A stretch of DNA of 64,000 nucleotides from NCBI GenBank assembly GCA_019058015.1, contig JAHLWH010000134.1, positions 32,980-96,979 on the forward strand. The letters run 5' to 3'. The notes beneath the pieces were generated by a model, which was not told the DNA's origin, made no database searches, and worked only from the letters and a program-made list of their open reading frames with translations. The first letter of the stretch is position 1; each line of letters begins with the position of its first letter. The position numbers and the translations under genes are program-made. The DNA comes from Promethearchaeota archaeon (GTDB taxonomy: Archaea > Asgardarchaeota > Lokiarchaeia > Sigyniarchaeales > SOKP01). Of this stretch, positions 10,029 through 20,567 are shown piece by piece.

Positions 10029-11081
10029 ATGAAAAGCGACGTAAAAGGCTCAAAAATAATACGCTTAGCTCACGGTTCAGGCGGAACCTTGCAATCGGAA
10101 TTGATAGAATTCATAGTAAAGGGGATTGCTCAAAAAAATGTTAATAATGGTATTGGTGTTGAAGAATTAGATGATGGAGCTACAATTCCCTTAAAAAATT
10201 ATGATAAAGAGATTGTAATAACTGCTGATGGACACACTGTTTTTCCTCTATTTTTTCCGGGAGGGGATCTTGGAAAATTAAGCATATGTGGAACGGTGAA
10301 TGATATTTTAATGATGGGAGCTGAACCTTTAGCTTTAAGTTCAATTTATATTATTGAAGAAGGATTTAACTTTGATATATTAGGAAAAATTGTTAAGTCT
10401 TTTAATCAAACTGCTAAAGAGGTTGGTATTGCAATTATTGCTGGTGATACAAAAGTTATGCCTAAAACCACGTTGAATGAAATTATTATCGCAACCTCTG
10501 GAATAGGGATTAAAGATACGGATATAAAAATATGTGATAATAATCTAAAGGCTGGTGATAAAATTATAGTAACAGGTTCAATCGGTGATCATGGTGCTGC
10601 TTTAATGGCAAAAAGAGAAGGATTAAATTTATCGACAAATTTAGAATCTGATCTTGCACATTTAAAAGAAATATATCTTGCGATTAAAGAAAATATTAAA
10701 CAAAATCATATTCATGCAATGAAAGATCCTACTCGTGGAGGAATTGCCAGTGCCTTAAATGAATGGAGTTCAAAATCAGATGTAAGTATTTGGCTCGAGG
10801 AAGATGCTATTCCAATAAAGGATGAAGTAAACTCTATTTGTGATATTTTGGGATTAGAGCCATTTAATATTGCATGTGAAGGTAGAGCTCTCATCGCTGT
10901 TGATTCAAATTATGTAGATGAAGTCTTTAAAAAAATCAAAACTACAAATCTTGGAGAAGAAGCCCGGATAATTGGAGAAGTAAAATCTGAGGAACATAAA
11001 AAAGTATTCTTAAAAACAATAATTGGAGGAACTAGATTCGTAGATATGCCTTTAGGGGAGTCTATTCCTCGTATATGTTAA
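10029..11081 (+). CDS. hypE: Hydrogenase maturation protein HypE
   Basis: 'LAHGSGG', 'PLFFPGGDLGKL', 'MKDPTRGG', C-terminal PRIC. Confidence 0.97.
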   Translation: MKSDVKGSKIIRLAHGSGGTLQSELIEFIVKGIAQKNVNNGIGVEELDDGATIPLKNYDKEIVITADGHTVFPLFFPGGDLGKLSICGTVNDILMMGAEPLALSSIYIIEEGFNFDILGKIVKSFNQTAKEVGIAIIAGDTKVMPKTTLNEIIIATSGIGIKDTDIKICDNNLKAGDKIIVTGSIGDHGAALMAKREGLNLSTNLESDLAHLKEIYLAIKENIKQNHIHAMKDPTRGGIASALNEWSSKSDVSIWLEEDAIPIKDEVNSICDILGLEPFNIACEGRALIAVDSNYVDEVFKKIKTTNLGEEARIIGEVKSEEHKKVFLKTIIGGTRFVDMPLGESIPRIC

Positions 11082-11259
11082 AAATATTATCATTTGAAAA
11101 TTAACAAAATAAAAAAATTATTAATAAAAAATGCAAAATCTAGGAACAAGACAATTAATTCTCGGAATTTAAATAACAGATTAGAGAAAAACTTTTAAGT
11201 TAGTTTCCCTCCTAAAGAAGTTATTTAAATTTCAATAAGAACAAAATTGTTGTATTAAA

Positions 11260-12888
11260 ATGAGGAAAAGACTGGTTCTAATTAATCCAATTAATCCCTC
11301 TGAACTAAGTAAAATAAAGATAGTGCCAACTCAGCTTTTGATTTTAGCTTCATATATTAAAAAAAATGTCGATTTAGATGTCGATATTTTAGATCTATCT
11401 TTTAAATTCGAACTCCATAGTGTAGATAAAACGATTTCCAGATATTTAGATAAATTTAATGAATATGACTATTTTGGAATCGCTTGTTTCTCAAGTTTTT
11501 TTTATATCACTAGTTTATTTCTAGCAAAAAAAATTAGAGAAATACATCCAAATGCATATATTTTTGTAGGGGGATATCATCCAACAATTAGGCCAAATGA
11601 TTTTATTTTTCCTAATTCTCCTTTTAATTACATTTTTTCTGGTGAAGCAGAAAAAGAGCTTTGTAAACTAATAAAAAAGTTAAATGTAAAATCATTTCGC
11701 CTTAAGGCACCATTGATTATTTATTGTGAGCCCTTAAATATTGAAGATTTCATTAATACTGATTGGTCTTATACAGAATCCCTTGATTATGTAAAAAATC
11801 CCACACCTTCCGATCGTATTATGATCCCTGTATTTCTTTCTCGTGGATGTCCGTTTACATGCAATTTTTGTCAAGATCCAAAAAATAAATTAACAAAATC
11901 CAGCAGATCTTGGAGAAGGATGCCAATAAACAAGGCACTTAATGAATTAGTTAATATTTACAATCAATTTCATAATCGAGATAATTTAATTTATGAAGTA
12001 TGGATTTGGGACCCACTATTTGGGACTCCTAAGTATCGTATCGAGTTATATAAAAAATTAATACGATATGCTCCAGATCAATATTATTGGGCTGAGCTGA
12101 GAGTTGACACATTTAAGCCTGATGAGGAAATTCCATTCTTGAAACAACTTAAATTTAGTTTAACATTTGGTCTTGAAAGTGGCTCTCCTAAAATACTCAA
12201 AATTTGCATGAATAAAACGCCAAAACCATACAAATACTTAGAAAAAATGAAAGTTATTTCCGCAAAACTTGATGAGAATAAAATATATCATACGATAAAT
12301 ATATTATATGGTCATCCAGGAGAGACATATCAAACAATAAATGAAACTAATGACTATTTAGTGAAATTATTTAAAAATAAACATTTTATTTTACCTAATT
12401 ATTCCATATATGAACATTACCCTGGAACTGAAATATATTCAAATATGAGCAAATATGAAAATCTTTATGGCACTCAATTTTTACTAAAAAAATGGTGGAA
12501 CACAAACAAAAATCCAAAGATGGCTTCAAGATTAATAAAGCCTTCTAATGAATTAGATTGCATAGATGTACACTTTAAAACACAAGAAAATGTGTTAAAT
12601 ATTGCTAAAATAGTATTAAAAAATAAAATTGGAAGGAGATCTGATATGCCTCTTACATATCACAAAATTAGAGAGTATCTCATAAATGGCATAATGACTT
12701 GGAAGATGGTGCCTAAATTTTTTATCGATCTTATTAGAGACAATATTTTTGTTTTATTAGCTAATAATTACTCTAAAGAAATGTATAATTTTATGAAAAA
12801 TAAAATGGATAAATTATTAGCAGAAGATTTCCCCCAAAAATTTAAAACAATTGAATTTCTTAAAAATAATTTCCCTGAATTTTTGTAA
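11260..12888 (+). CDS. Cobalamin-dependent radical SAM protein
   Basis: B12-binding 'VGGYHPT...GEAE' followed by 'SRGCPFTCNFC' CxxxCxxC and 'GLESGS', 'GHPGET'. Confidence 0.9.
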   Translation: MRKRLVLINPINPSELSKIKIVPTQLLILASYIKKNVDLDVDILDLSFKFELHSVDKTISRYLDKFNEYDYFGIACFSSFFYITSLFLAKKIREIHPNAYIFVGGYHPTIRPNDFIFPNSPFNYIFSGEAEKELCKLIKKLNVKSFRLKAPLIIYCEPLNIEDFINTDWSYTESLDYVKNPTPSDRIMIPVFLSRGCPFTCNFCQDPKNKLTKSSRSWRRMPINKALNELVNIYNQFHNRDNLIYEVWIWDPLFGTPKYRIELYKKLIRYAPDQYYWAELRVDTFKPDEEIPFLKQLKFSLTFGLESGSPKILKICMNKTPKPYKYLEKMKVISAKLDENKIYHTINILYGHPGETYQTINETNDYLVKLFKNKHFILPNYSIYEHYPGTEIYSNMSKYENLYGTQFLLKKWWNTNKNPKMASRLIKPSNELDCIDVHFKTQENVLNIAKIVLKNKIGRRSDMPLTYHKIREYLINGIMTWKMVPKFFIDLIRDNIFVLLANNYSKEMYNFMKNKMDKLLAEDFPQKFKTIEFLKNNFPEFL

Positions 12889-13056
12889 TTCTCTTCTTTT
12901 TGAGAATATTTAATCATCCTTAAATTTAAAGTAATAATAATATTAAAATGTTAATTTCAGGAAATATTAAAAAAAAAGTGGTTCTGCAGCATTCCAGTAT
13001 TAAAAATATTAAAAAATAAAGGATTTACAGAAAAAATCACTAAGATAATAAACAGT

Positions 13057-14073
13057 TTGGCCCGAAAAATTAATAAACCAATTAAACTGATGCATGTGTG
13101 TGGAACACATGAACATACTATTTCTAAATATGGAATTCGTTCAATCTTACCTAAAGAACTTGAAATTATTTCCGGTCCTGGATGTCCTGTATGTGTATGT
13201 CCTGCAGCCGATATTGATAAAGCAATAGAGATTGGAAAAAGAGAAGATACAATAATCACAACCTTTGGAGATATGCTCCGGGTTCCTGCAACTAATCTTT
13301 CTCTAACAGAATTAAGAGCTCAGGGAGCAGATGTAAGAATTGTATATGGGCCAAATGATGCAGTTAAAATTGCTAAAGAAAATCCCGATAAAGAAGTTAT
13401 TTTTTTTGCTATTGGATTTGAAACAACTGTTCCATTGATTGGATATGAGATTAAAATCAATCCTCCATTAAATTTTTCAGTAATTTGCGCCCATAAACTC
13501 ATTCCTGCTGCATTGGAATTACTTATTGGAATTGACCAATTAAACATAGATGGTTTTATCTCTCCTGGACATGTTGCTACCATAATTGGAACTAAACCAT
13601 TCCAATTATTTTCTGATGCATATCACGTCCCGAATGTTGTAACGGGTTTTGAACCTAATGATGTGCTCATGGCATTGGCTATGTTATTAAAACAAATAAA
13701 AAATAAAGAATATAAGACAGAAAATGAATATACACGAGTAGTTAAATCAGAGGGTAATAAAATTGCCCAAAAAATTATCACTGATGTTTTTGATTCAGTG
13801 TCTTCCCCTTGGAGAGGTATTGGCCGAATTCTTGATGGTGGTCTAGCAATTAAGGATTCATATTCTAAATATGATGCGGATAAAAAATTTGATATTAAAA
13901 TTGAAAATTCTATAGATATTCAACCAGGTTGTAATTGCCACTTAGTTATGACTGGAAAAATATATCCATATGAATGTAAAATGTTTAAAAAGATTTGCAC
14001 CCCTGAAAAACCCATAGGCCCATGCATGGTTAGTGCAGAAGGAACATGTGCAATTTATTATAAATATGGTTAA
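13057..14073 (+). CDS. hypD: Hydrogenase maturation protein HypD (true start probably ~12978)
   Basis: 'HVCGTH', 'SGPGCPVCV', 'GFETT', 'PGHV', 'GPCMVSAEGTC'. Confidence 0.97.
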   Translation: MARKINKPIKLMHVCGTHEHTISKYGIRSILPKELEIISGPGCPVCVCPAADIDKAIEIGKREDTIITTFGDMLRVPATNLSLTELRAQGADVRIVYGPNDAVKIAKENPDKEVIFFAIGFETTVPLIGYEIKINPPLNFSVICAHKLIPAALELLIGIDQLNIDGFISPGHVATIIGTKPFQLFSDAYHVPNVVTGFEPNDVLMALAMLLKQIKNKEYKTENEYTRVVKSEGNKIAQKIITDVFDSVSSPWRGIGRILDGGLAIKDSYSKYDADKKFDIKIENSIDIQPGCNCHLVMTGKIYPYECKMFKKICTPEKPIGPCMVSAEGTCAIYYKYG

Positions 14074-14077
14074 AATA

Positions 14078-14896
14078 TTATATAACTATTCTATCTGGAT
14101 GAGTATAAATATTCATCTTGCTTCCCCTTACAAATCCAATTAATGTAATATTATAATTAAATGCAATTCTTATTCCAGATTCAATCGGGGCTGATATTGA
14201 GGCTAAAATGGGTATTTTACTTCTCGCTGCTTTCAAGACTGAGTCTCCAGTTAATCTTCCAGTTGAGCAGAGAAATGTCTCTTTTAATTCAATATTTTTT
14301 ATCAAAGCACTCCCAATAACTTTATCAATTGCATTATGCCTTCCAATATCTTCAAATATTTCTAATAATTTTCCTTGAAAATTAAACAATGCTGCTCCAT
14401 GACATCCTCCTGTTTCTTTAAATAAAGAAGTCTCTTTTTGCATTTTGACAATACTGTTAAATATTAAATCGGAAGTAAGTTTAATATTATTGAATTGTTC
14501 TTCAGGTTTATCAATAGAATTTAAAATTAAATCTCTCCAAATTGATGGAATACCACAAGATGTTTTTATAATTCTATTATATGTAGAGGAATTGAAGTTT
14601 TCAATGGTAGTTTTATTTAAATCATCAACAAAAATTGAAACCTCGTTTTCAATAGAATTAACTTCTATATTTTTTATTTCATTAATTGAATCAATAAATC
14701 CCGTAGTATATAAAAATCCAATAGTTAATTCTTTAAGATCTTTGGGCAAACAAATAATAGTAACAACTGAATTCTCATTTATTTTAATCGTGATCGGTCT
14801 TTCTATTAAAATAGTATCTTCAATATCATGAAAATTTCCTTTTTGGAGCTTTTTAATTTTATGCATTCTCTTATACATTTTATGGTCCAATTTCAA
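14078..14896 (-). CDS. fdhD: Formate dehydrogenase accessory sulfurtransferase FdhD
   Basis: 'TSCG', 'ETGGCHGAA', 'EDIGRHNAIDKVIG', 'STGR', 'LIGFVRG'. Confidence 0.95.
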   Translation of the reverse strand: MKLDHKMYKRMHKIKKLQKGNFHDIEDTILIERPITIKINENSVVTIICLPKDLKELTIGFLYTTGFIDSINEIKNIEVNSIENEVSIFVDDLNKTTIENFNSSTYNRIIKTSCGIPSIWRDLILNSIDKPEEQFNNIKLTSDLIFNSIVKMQKETSLFKETGGCHGAALFNFQGKLLEIFEDIGRHNAIDKVIGSALIKNIELKETFLCSTGRLTGDSVLKAARSKIPILASISAPIESGIRIAFNYNITLIGFVRGSKMNIYTHPDRIVI

Positions 14897-15014
14897 TAAT
14901 TTTGTATTCTTTAATAATTTCCTATTAACAAAATATAATCTAAAATTTTATTATGAGTTTTATATTTTTAAATCTATAGAAATAATAAAAAACTAATAAA
15001 CTGAGATATTACTA

Positions 15015-15359
15015 ATGATGGCTAAAAAAATTGATAATTTAGATGATGAGATTGCTAAAGAAGGAATAACTATTGTAGATTTTACAGCTACTTGGTGCGG
15101 ACCTTGTAAAGTAATTAGCCCAATATTACATAACCTTGAAGATAACGGTCTAATAAAAGTGGTTTCTGTAGATGTTGATTTGAATAAAGGACTTGCAATG
15201 AATTTTGGAATTCAGGCTGTTCCTTATCTTGTTTTTTATAAAAATGGTGATAGAGTTCATAATAATATAGAATTGGAAGGTTATAAAGTTATGAAAGATG
15301 GCGTAATCATTGGTGCTTTAAATGAAACATATTTACGACAAATTATTAGTCAATTATAA
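15015..15359 (+). CDS. trxA: Thioredoxin
   Basis: 'DFTATWCGPCK' active site and cis-Pro 'AVP'. Confidence 0.93.
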   Translation: MMAKKIDNLDDEIAKEGITIVDFTATWCGPCKVISPILHNLEDNGLIKVVSVDVDLNKGLAMNFGIQAVPYLVFYKNGDRVHNNIELEGYKVMKDGVIIGALNETYLRQIISQL

Positions 15360-15502
15360 AAGTCTTTTTCATAATTTTTTTATCTAATTTTTAAAAAATA
15401 TAAGATTTTAATAATATCTTTAATACGAAATTAGATTTGAAAAGGATTTTAAATTAATTTTTATTTTTAATCCTAATAATAATTACTTTTAAAGGTAATT
15501 TT

Positions 15503-16006
15503 ATGAATTATACAAGATCAGATCTAGTTCAAGCCGACGCTGCAATGAATCAAATGAGGAATGCAATATATCATTTAATTAGATTTATGAAAAAAGAAAA
15601 TGTTAAAGATGTTAAAATGCGATTACAGCGCATAGGAAAAAATATTGCATCAACTTACAGCCGATATTGGCTCCCTAAAAGCGCGATAACCAAAGAAAAT
15701 CTGGATATAATATTAAAAGAGATATATTCTTCTATTTTTAAGTCAAAAATTAATCTCGAGGTAGATTTTGGAAAAAATATTCTAAAAATAGTGGATAATA
15801 AATGCTGCCTATGTAAATATAACTATCCGGATATAGACATCCCGGGATGTGAAGTGCTACAAGGGTTTTTACCAAATTTCATTGATATTTTAAATAAAAA
15901 ACACCCTAATGAAAAAATTATTTCGGTAAAACCTAAAGAAGTCAGTAGATCTAGAGCTATTGGAGATTCTCATTGCGTGCAAGAATTTTATATAAATGAG
16001 AAATAA
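15503..16006 (+). CDS. V4R / Bet3(TRAPP)-like fold protein
   Basis: 'RLQRIGKNIA' helix, then 'CCLC...GCEVLQGF...SRAIGDSHC' cysteine pattern of V4R/HNOX/Bet3 fold. Confidence 0.65.
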   Translation: MNYTRSDLVQADAAMNQMRNAIYHLIRFMKKENVKDVKMRLQRIGKNIASTYSRYWLPKSAITKENLDIILKEIYSSIFKSKINLEVDFGKNILKIVDNKCCLCKYNYPDIDIPGCEVLQGFLPNFIDILNKKHPNEKIISVKPKEVSRSRAIGDSHCVQEFYINEK

Positions 16007-16022
16007 TGGGGTGTAGAATAAA

Positions 16023-17474
16023 ATGGGACTATTATCATGGTTAATTAAAAAAATTGGGAAGTCGCTTGGAAGAAATACTAAAGCATTATTTTATACTTTA
16101 TTATATCGAGAAATTTTTAAAGAGATTTATGATATTAAAAAAGATTTAGATAAATCAGTTAAGATAATGAGATTTATTGGTGGAGAAGCTTCTTTGGAAT
16201 CTATAAAAAGACAAGCGTCGATTTTAAAATTTTTACCTGGAGAACCAGATAGGGTATTAAAATATTTTGAACTTATATGGATCATAGTATTCGGAATGGA
16301 AATCGGAGAATATGAATATGAAGAAGAAGTAGAAGAAGGCTATCCTTATCCAATAGTTCGAGTAAAAATAAAAAAATGCCCAGTTTGTGGAGGATATGGA
16401 ATGGATCCTGAAGACACTATTGATTTTAATGAATTAAAAGCAGACTCCGATGGAATGGCATGCGGATTTATTGGAATGATAGAAAAAGTAATTAATTATC
16501 TTCTTATGACAAAAGATAACGATTTTAGGATGAAAATAACGGAAGAAAAATGTTACGCTAAGGGAGATGACATATTACAATTCAGAATGGATATTATAAA
16601 TATTCACGATTTCAAATCAAAAATTCCCGGCTCTGAAGATTTTATTGCAGGAGAAAATGAACATGAACTATTGTTAGAAACTAAAGAAATTAAAGAAAGT
16701 GTGTTCGACAAGCTTCGAGATAAGCTAGATTTAGATAGAATTGAAGAATTTTTTGATGAACCTTTAAATTCAATTAAAGAAAATCTTTCTAATCTTATAA
16801 GAGATAAAATGCATATGGAGCCTGAAGATTTTTTTGATTGGTTTACTAATTATGAGAGTGATATTTTTAGAATAATTGGTTATTTGAGCATACATCTACT
16901 TAATGAATATGGAGGACTTGCTGAGAAATATCTTTCAAATGAAATATTTGCAAAAATAAGTGGATATATTTTTCAGCAAATTAAAGAAACCTATAAAATA
17001 TTTATTCCTTTTGATATAATAGATGATTACCATCAACTTTTACTAGAATTTCTTAGAGATTTAGCTCCTGAAGAAATGGTAGAAAAAATTAAAGACCTTT
17101 CTCCAACCGATTGCACTGACCTTATTTTAGAAGGAACTCAAATGGCATTAGAAGATCTCGGTATTGATTTTTCAGAATTAAAAGAGAATATATGGGAGGA
17201 ATTAAAAAGACAAAAACCTACTGAAGGGGAAAACGAATTAGCTTCTATTACTTCGACTAAAGAGGAAAAAGGATCAGCATTGATACAGATCTTCCAAGAA
17301 ATATTATTGTTAATTAATGCCTTGTTGAGTCTTCCAGTTCGGATTATTCTAGCCCGTGAACATGAAAGTATAAAAACCACACTTAAATCAACAACCTCAG
17401 GAGGAGAGGTTCTGGAATCAATAAAACTTCACGCTGATAGAATCGTTGAATTTTTAGAAGAAATTAGAAGTTAA
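16023..17474 (+). CDS. V4R-domain protein with large acidic helical C-terminal region
   Basis: 'KCPVC...ACGFIGMIEKV...TEEKCYAKGDDILQF' V4R signature in the N-terminal ~190 aa. Confidence 0.65.
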   Translation: MGLLSWLIKKIGKSLGRNTKALFYTLLYREIFKEIYDIKKDLDKSVKIMRFIGGEASLESIKRQASILKFLPGEPDRVLKYFELIWIIVFGMEIGEYEYEEEVEEGYPYPIVRVKIKKCPVCGGYGMDPEDTIDFNELKADSDGMACGFIGMIEKVINYLLMTKDNDFRMKITEEKCYAKGDDILQFRMDIINIHDFKSKIPGSEDFIAGENEHELLLETKEIKESVFDKLRDKLDLDRIEEFFDEPLNSIKENLSNLIRDKMHMEPEDFFDWFTNYESDIFRIIGYLSIHLLNEYGGLAEKYLSNEIFAKISGYIFQQIKETYKIFIPFDIIDDYHQLLLEFLRDLAPEEMVEKIKDLSPTDCTDLILEGTQMALEDLGIDFSELKENIWEELKRQKPTEGENELASITSTKEEKGSALIQIFQEILLLINALLSLPVRIILAREHESIKTTLKSTTSGGEVLESIKLHADRIVEFLEEIRS

Positions 17475-17497
17475 TTATTGACTTTTATTTTTGTATA

Positions 17498-18481
17498 ATG
17501 GAAATTAAAAATTTTGCAGTACTTGGATATGGTTCTATCGGAAAAATTCACCTTCGGAATTTAAAGAAACATCCAAAAGCCGAAGTAAAAGCAGTATATT
17601 CTCGTTCTCATAAAGCAAAACTTACTAAAGGAATAAATTTTTATACTTCTTATGAAAAATTGATTGAAAAAGAAGAAATTGATGCAGTACTCATTGCTAC
17701 TCCCACATTCACTCATAGAAACATTGCTTGTTTCTGCGCCGAAAATGGTTTAGATATTTTTTTAGAAAAACCAATGGCACTAACACTTGATGAATGTGAT
17801 AGTATTATTAATACTGTTGAAATTAATAATGTAAAACTTTTTATTGGGCATGTATTAAGATTTTGGCCTTCTTACCGCTATGTTAGAGATTTTATAATTA
17901 GTCCTAAATCCAATCTTGGTGATATACACACATTTATAGCGAAAAGATTAAGCACATTTCCATGGAGTGAGTGGTTTGCAGATGAAAAAAAATCTGGTGG
18001 TGTAATTTTTGACCTTTCTATTCATGATCTTGATTATGCTTCATGGATTTTAGGAAATGTAATTTCTCTTTCATGTAAAGCAAAAAAAATAAAACGGTTT
18101 GATCGGAAGGTATTTGGTAAATCCAATACATCCTTAACATTTCAAGATGATAAAAAAGCTAAATGTACAGCGAGTTGGGCCGAAAAAAAAGATTTTATTT
18201 TTACTACATATGGAAATATTATAGGAACAAGAGGAAATGTAGAATTCAATGGAGAAGGAATATTTGAAGGATATTCAGTTGAGATTATTGAGAAATTAAA
18301 ATCACATGATGGTTATTACAATGAACTATCTCATTTTATTGATTGTATTATTAATAGATATAAGAATTTAGCAATAGTTGGTGAAGATGGTAAAAATTCT
18401 GTTGCATTATGTTTAGCTGCAGTAGAATCAGCAAATAATAATGGAAAAACTGTTTTTTTAGATGAATATCTAAACTATTAA
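17498..18481 (+). CDS. Gfo/Idh/MocA family oxidoreductase
   Basis: 'GYGSIG', 'FLEKPMA', 'SGGVIFDLSIHDLD'. Confidence 0.95.
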   Translation: MEIKNFAVLGYGSIGKIHLRNLKKHPKAEVKAVYSRSHKAKLTKGINFYTSYEKLIEKEEIDAVLIATPTFTHRNIACFCAENGLDIFLEKPMALTLDECDSIINTVEINNVKLFIGHVLRFWPSYRYVRDFIISPKSNLGDIHTFIAKRLSTFPWSEWFADEKKSGGVIFDLSIHDLDYASWILGNVISLSCKAKKIKRFDRKVFGKSNTSLTFQDDKKAKCTASWAEKKDFIFTTYGNIIGTRGNVEFNGEGIFEGYSVEIIEKLKSHDGYYNELSHFIDCIINRYKNLAIVGEDGKNSVALCLAAVESANNNGKTVFLDEYLNY

Positions 18482-18576
18482 AATTAAACCTTCTCTTTTC
18501 TAAATGTCTTTAATCTTTATGTAATTCTCTATCCATAAATCCAATAGAAATTCCTAAATTCTTGGCGATAAAGCCT

Positions 18577-19932
18577 TCAATTTTTTTTTAATTGGGAAAT
18601 TTCTGATTTATACCTTTGATAAAATAATTCAACGATATTTTGGAAAAAAAAGCGTTCTTTCAAAACATCATAATGTGATTTATTTTTTAAACTTGTTAAT
18701 TTTGGTATTTCTTCTGATTTAATCTTACCCTCCGCTACGAGATTCATTCGACATTTAAATTGGTCAATTAAATCTACTGGTCTAAGAATTATTGAAAATA
18801 TTTCAGAAATCTCTTTAATTAAATCCACTATTTTTAATTTAGTGTTTAATTCCCTATTTGAATATAGATATGAATCTATTTTCTTAATTAGTGACTCTTT
18901 CTTATTAATATCAAGATAATCTTCCTCTGATATTATATCATCAATAAATCGAATTATTTTATTTATTATGGTTTCATTTATCTTGCTTTTTAAAAATTCA
19001 TTTGTTAATTTTTGTAAAAAAGTATCTTTTATATATTTCTTAAATCTGATAATTATTGCTTGACTTTCTTTTCTATCAGAACAAATCTCAATAATTTCAC
19101 CTTTTGGAGTACTATAACTAAATCCGTGCCCCTCTGGCCCTAATCCTCCTAAAAAAATCATGGAATATGTATAGAAATTATACCATTTTGGATTTATCAT
19201 CTTATTTAAATTGATTTTAATATTATTTTCTGAAATTAAATGAGTTTTATCGTCAATTTCTATTATTAAGAAATTATCTTCATCATAAATTTCTTTCAAA
19301 TCAAAATTATGTATTTTATTAATGTGAGCTTTAAAGATTTTTAAATATCTTGATATTTTTCCTAAATTTTTTACACTTAATCCATAAACTGAATAATTAT
19401 TAAAATAGTTACGAATTTGTTCCGCAATTTCCTCAAGATTACTATAACCTGGATATATTCCATCTGTTTGAACAAATAAATCATATAACCCTTCAGGTAA
19501 ATCTTTATATACAAAATAGATAAAATAATCACTAACTTCTCCAAATATATCCATTAAATTTTCCATAAAAAGAGTTTTTTGCTTTAATTTTTTAATTAAA
19601 TTAATTTTCTTTTCATTTAATTCTCTATAACTTAAATTATAACGAATTACATATTGCAAGATGCTAATAATTCCACCTAAATGTAGATTTTGAATACAAT
19701 CATTGATAGCTAATTGAATTTTTTTAAATCTATCTGGAATTTTTAGAGGATCAACAAAAATGCCTAGTTTTAAGGCTAAATCTAGAATGCTTTGAAAATA
19801 TTTTAATGAATCAAGAGTTATACAATTTGACAATATTTTATGTATGTATTGTTCAGAATCAACATATTTTTTCTCATGAATTTTATTCCGCAATTCTTTT
19901 TCTAATTTAGGAAGATACTTGGGAATATTCAT
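18577..19932 (-). CDS. Hypothetical protein
   Basis: 451-aa ORF in normal codon style, same strand directly downstream of the roadblock gene; Gly-rich block 'LGGLGPEGHGFSYSTPKGEIIEICSD'. Confidence 0.75.
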   Translation of the reverse strand: MNIPKYLPKLEKELRNKIHEKKYVDSEQYIHKILSNCITLDSLKYFQSILDLALKLGIFVDPLKIPDRFKKIQLAINDCIQNLHLGGIISILQYVIRYNLSYRELNEKKINLIKKLKQKTLFMENLMDIFGEVSDYFIYFVYKDLPEGLYDLFVQTDGIYPGYSNLEEIAEQIRNYFNNYSVYGLSVKNLGKISRYLKIFKAHINKIHNFDLKEIYDEDNFLIIEIDDKTHLISENNIKINLNKMINPKWYNFYTYSMIFLGGLGPEGHGFSYSTPKGEIIEICSDRKESQAIIIRFKKYIKDTFLQKLTNEFLKSKINETIINKIIRFIDDIISEEDYLDINKKESLIKKIDSYLYSNRELNTKLKIVDLIKEISEIFSIILRPVDLIDQFKCRMNLVAEGKIKSEEIPKLTSLKNKSHYDVLKERFFFQNIVELFYQRYKSEISQLKKN

Positions 19933-19989
19933 TACTAAAATAAGGTTATATTAATATAAAAAAATCGCCTTTATTATATCAGTTTTGAT

Positions 19990-20382
19990 TTAATCTAATA
20001 AGTTAGCTATTTTTTTAGAAGCAGCAATAATATTTAGGAAAACCATGCCCAAAGAAGGATTTTGAGATGTCAAAACACACAGGATTGCATTGTTTCCTGC
20101 CCTTGATAAAATAATTAAGCCCTCATCTCCTTCAATCATAATTCTTTTAAAATTTCCACGGGCTAACTCAGATACAGCTCTCTCGGATACACTTATTATA
20201 GCAGCAGACATAGCACTTATAATACCGTTATTAGTTTCTCCTCCATATACAGTTCTTAATCTTGGGAGGGCGCTAGCTATTGGTAATCCTTGAATACTAA
20301 CAATAGAACTCCCTTGAATTTCAGAATTCATTGCTTCCATTTGTCGAAGTATATTTGCAAGTTCCGAGAGGTTTTCTGACAA
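19990..20382 (-). CDS. Roadblock/LC7 (MglB-like) domain protein
   Basis: 'IQGSSIVSIQGLPIASAL...ISAMSAAIISVSERAVSELARG...IEGDEGLIIL...LGMVFL' roadblock pattern. Confidence 0.92.
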   Translation of the reverse strand: MSENLSELANILRQMEAMNSEIQGSSIVSIQGLPIASALPRLRTVYGGETNNGIISAMSAAIISVSERAVSELARGNFKRIMIEGDEGLIILSRAGNNAILCVLTSQNPSLGMVFLNIIAASKKIANLLD

Positions 20383-20567
20383 TTTTAATCAAAAATCAAA
20401 AATGTTTAAAGTATTAATCTTAACAAAAGTAATATTTTATTACATTAATTTATATTTTTTATTTTTTTTAATGTAATTTATATTTTATCAATTAATTTTA
20501 ATTAGTGTTTAGAATATTTAATAATTAATTTTAGAATTTGATTAATATTAGTGATGAGTAAGAAACA

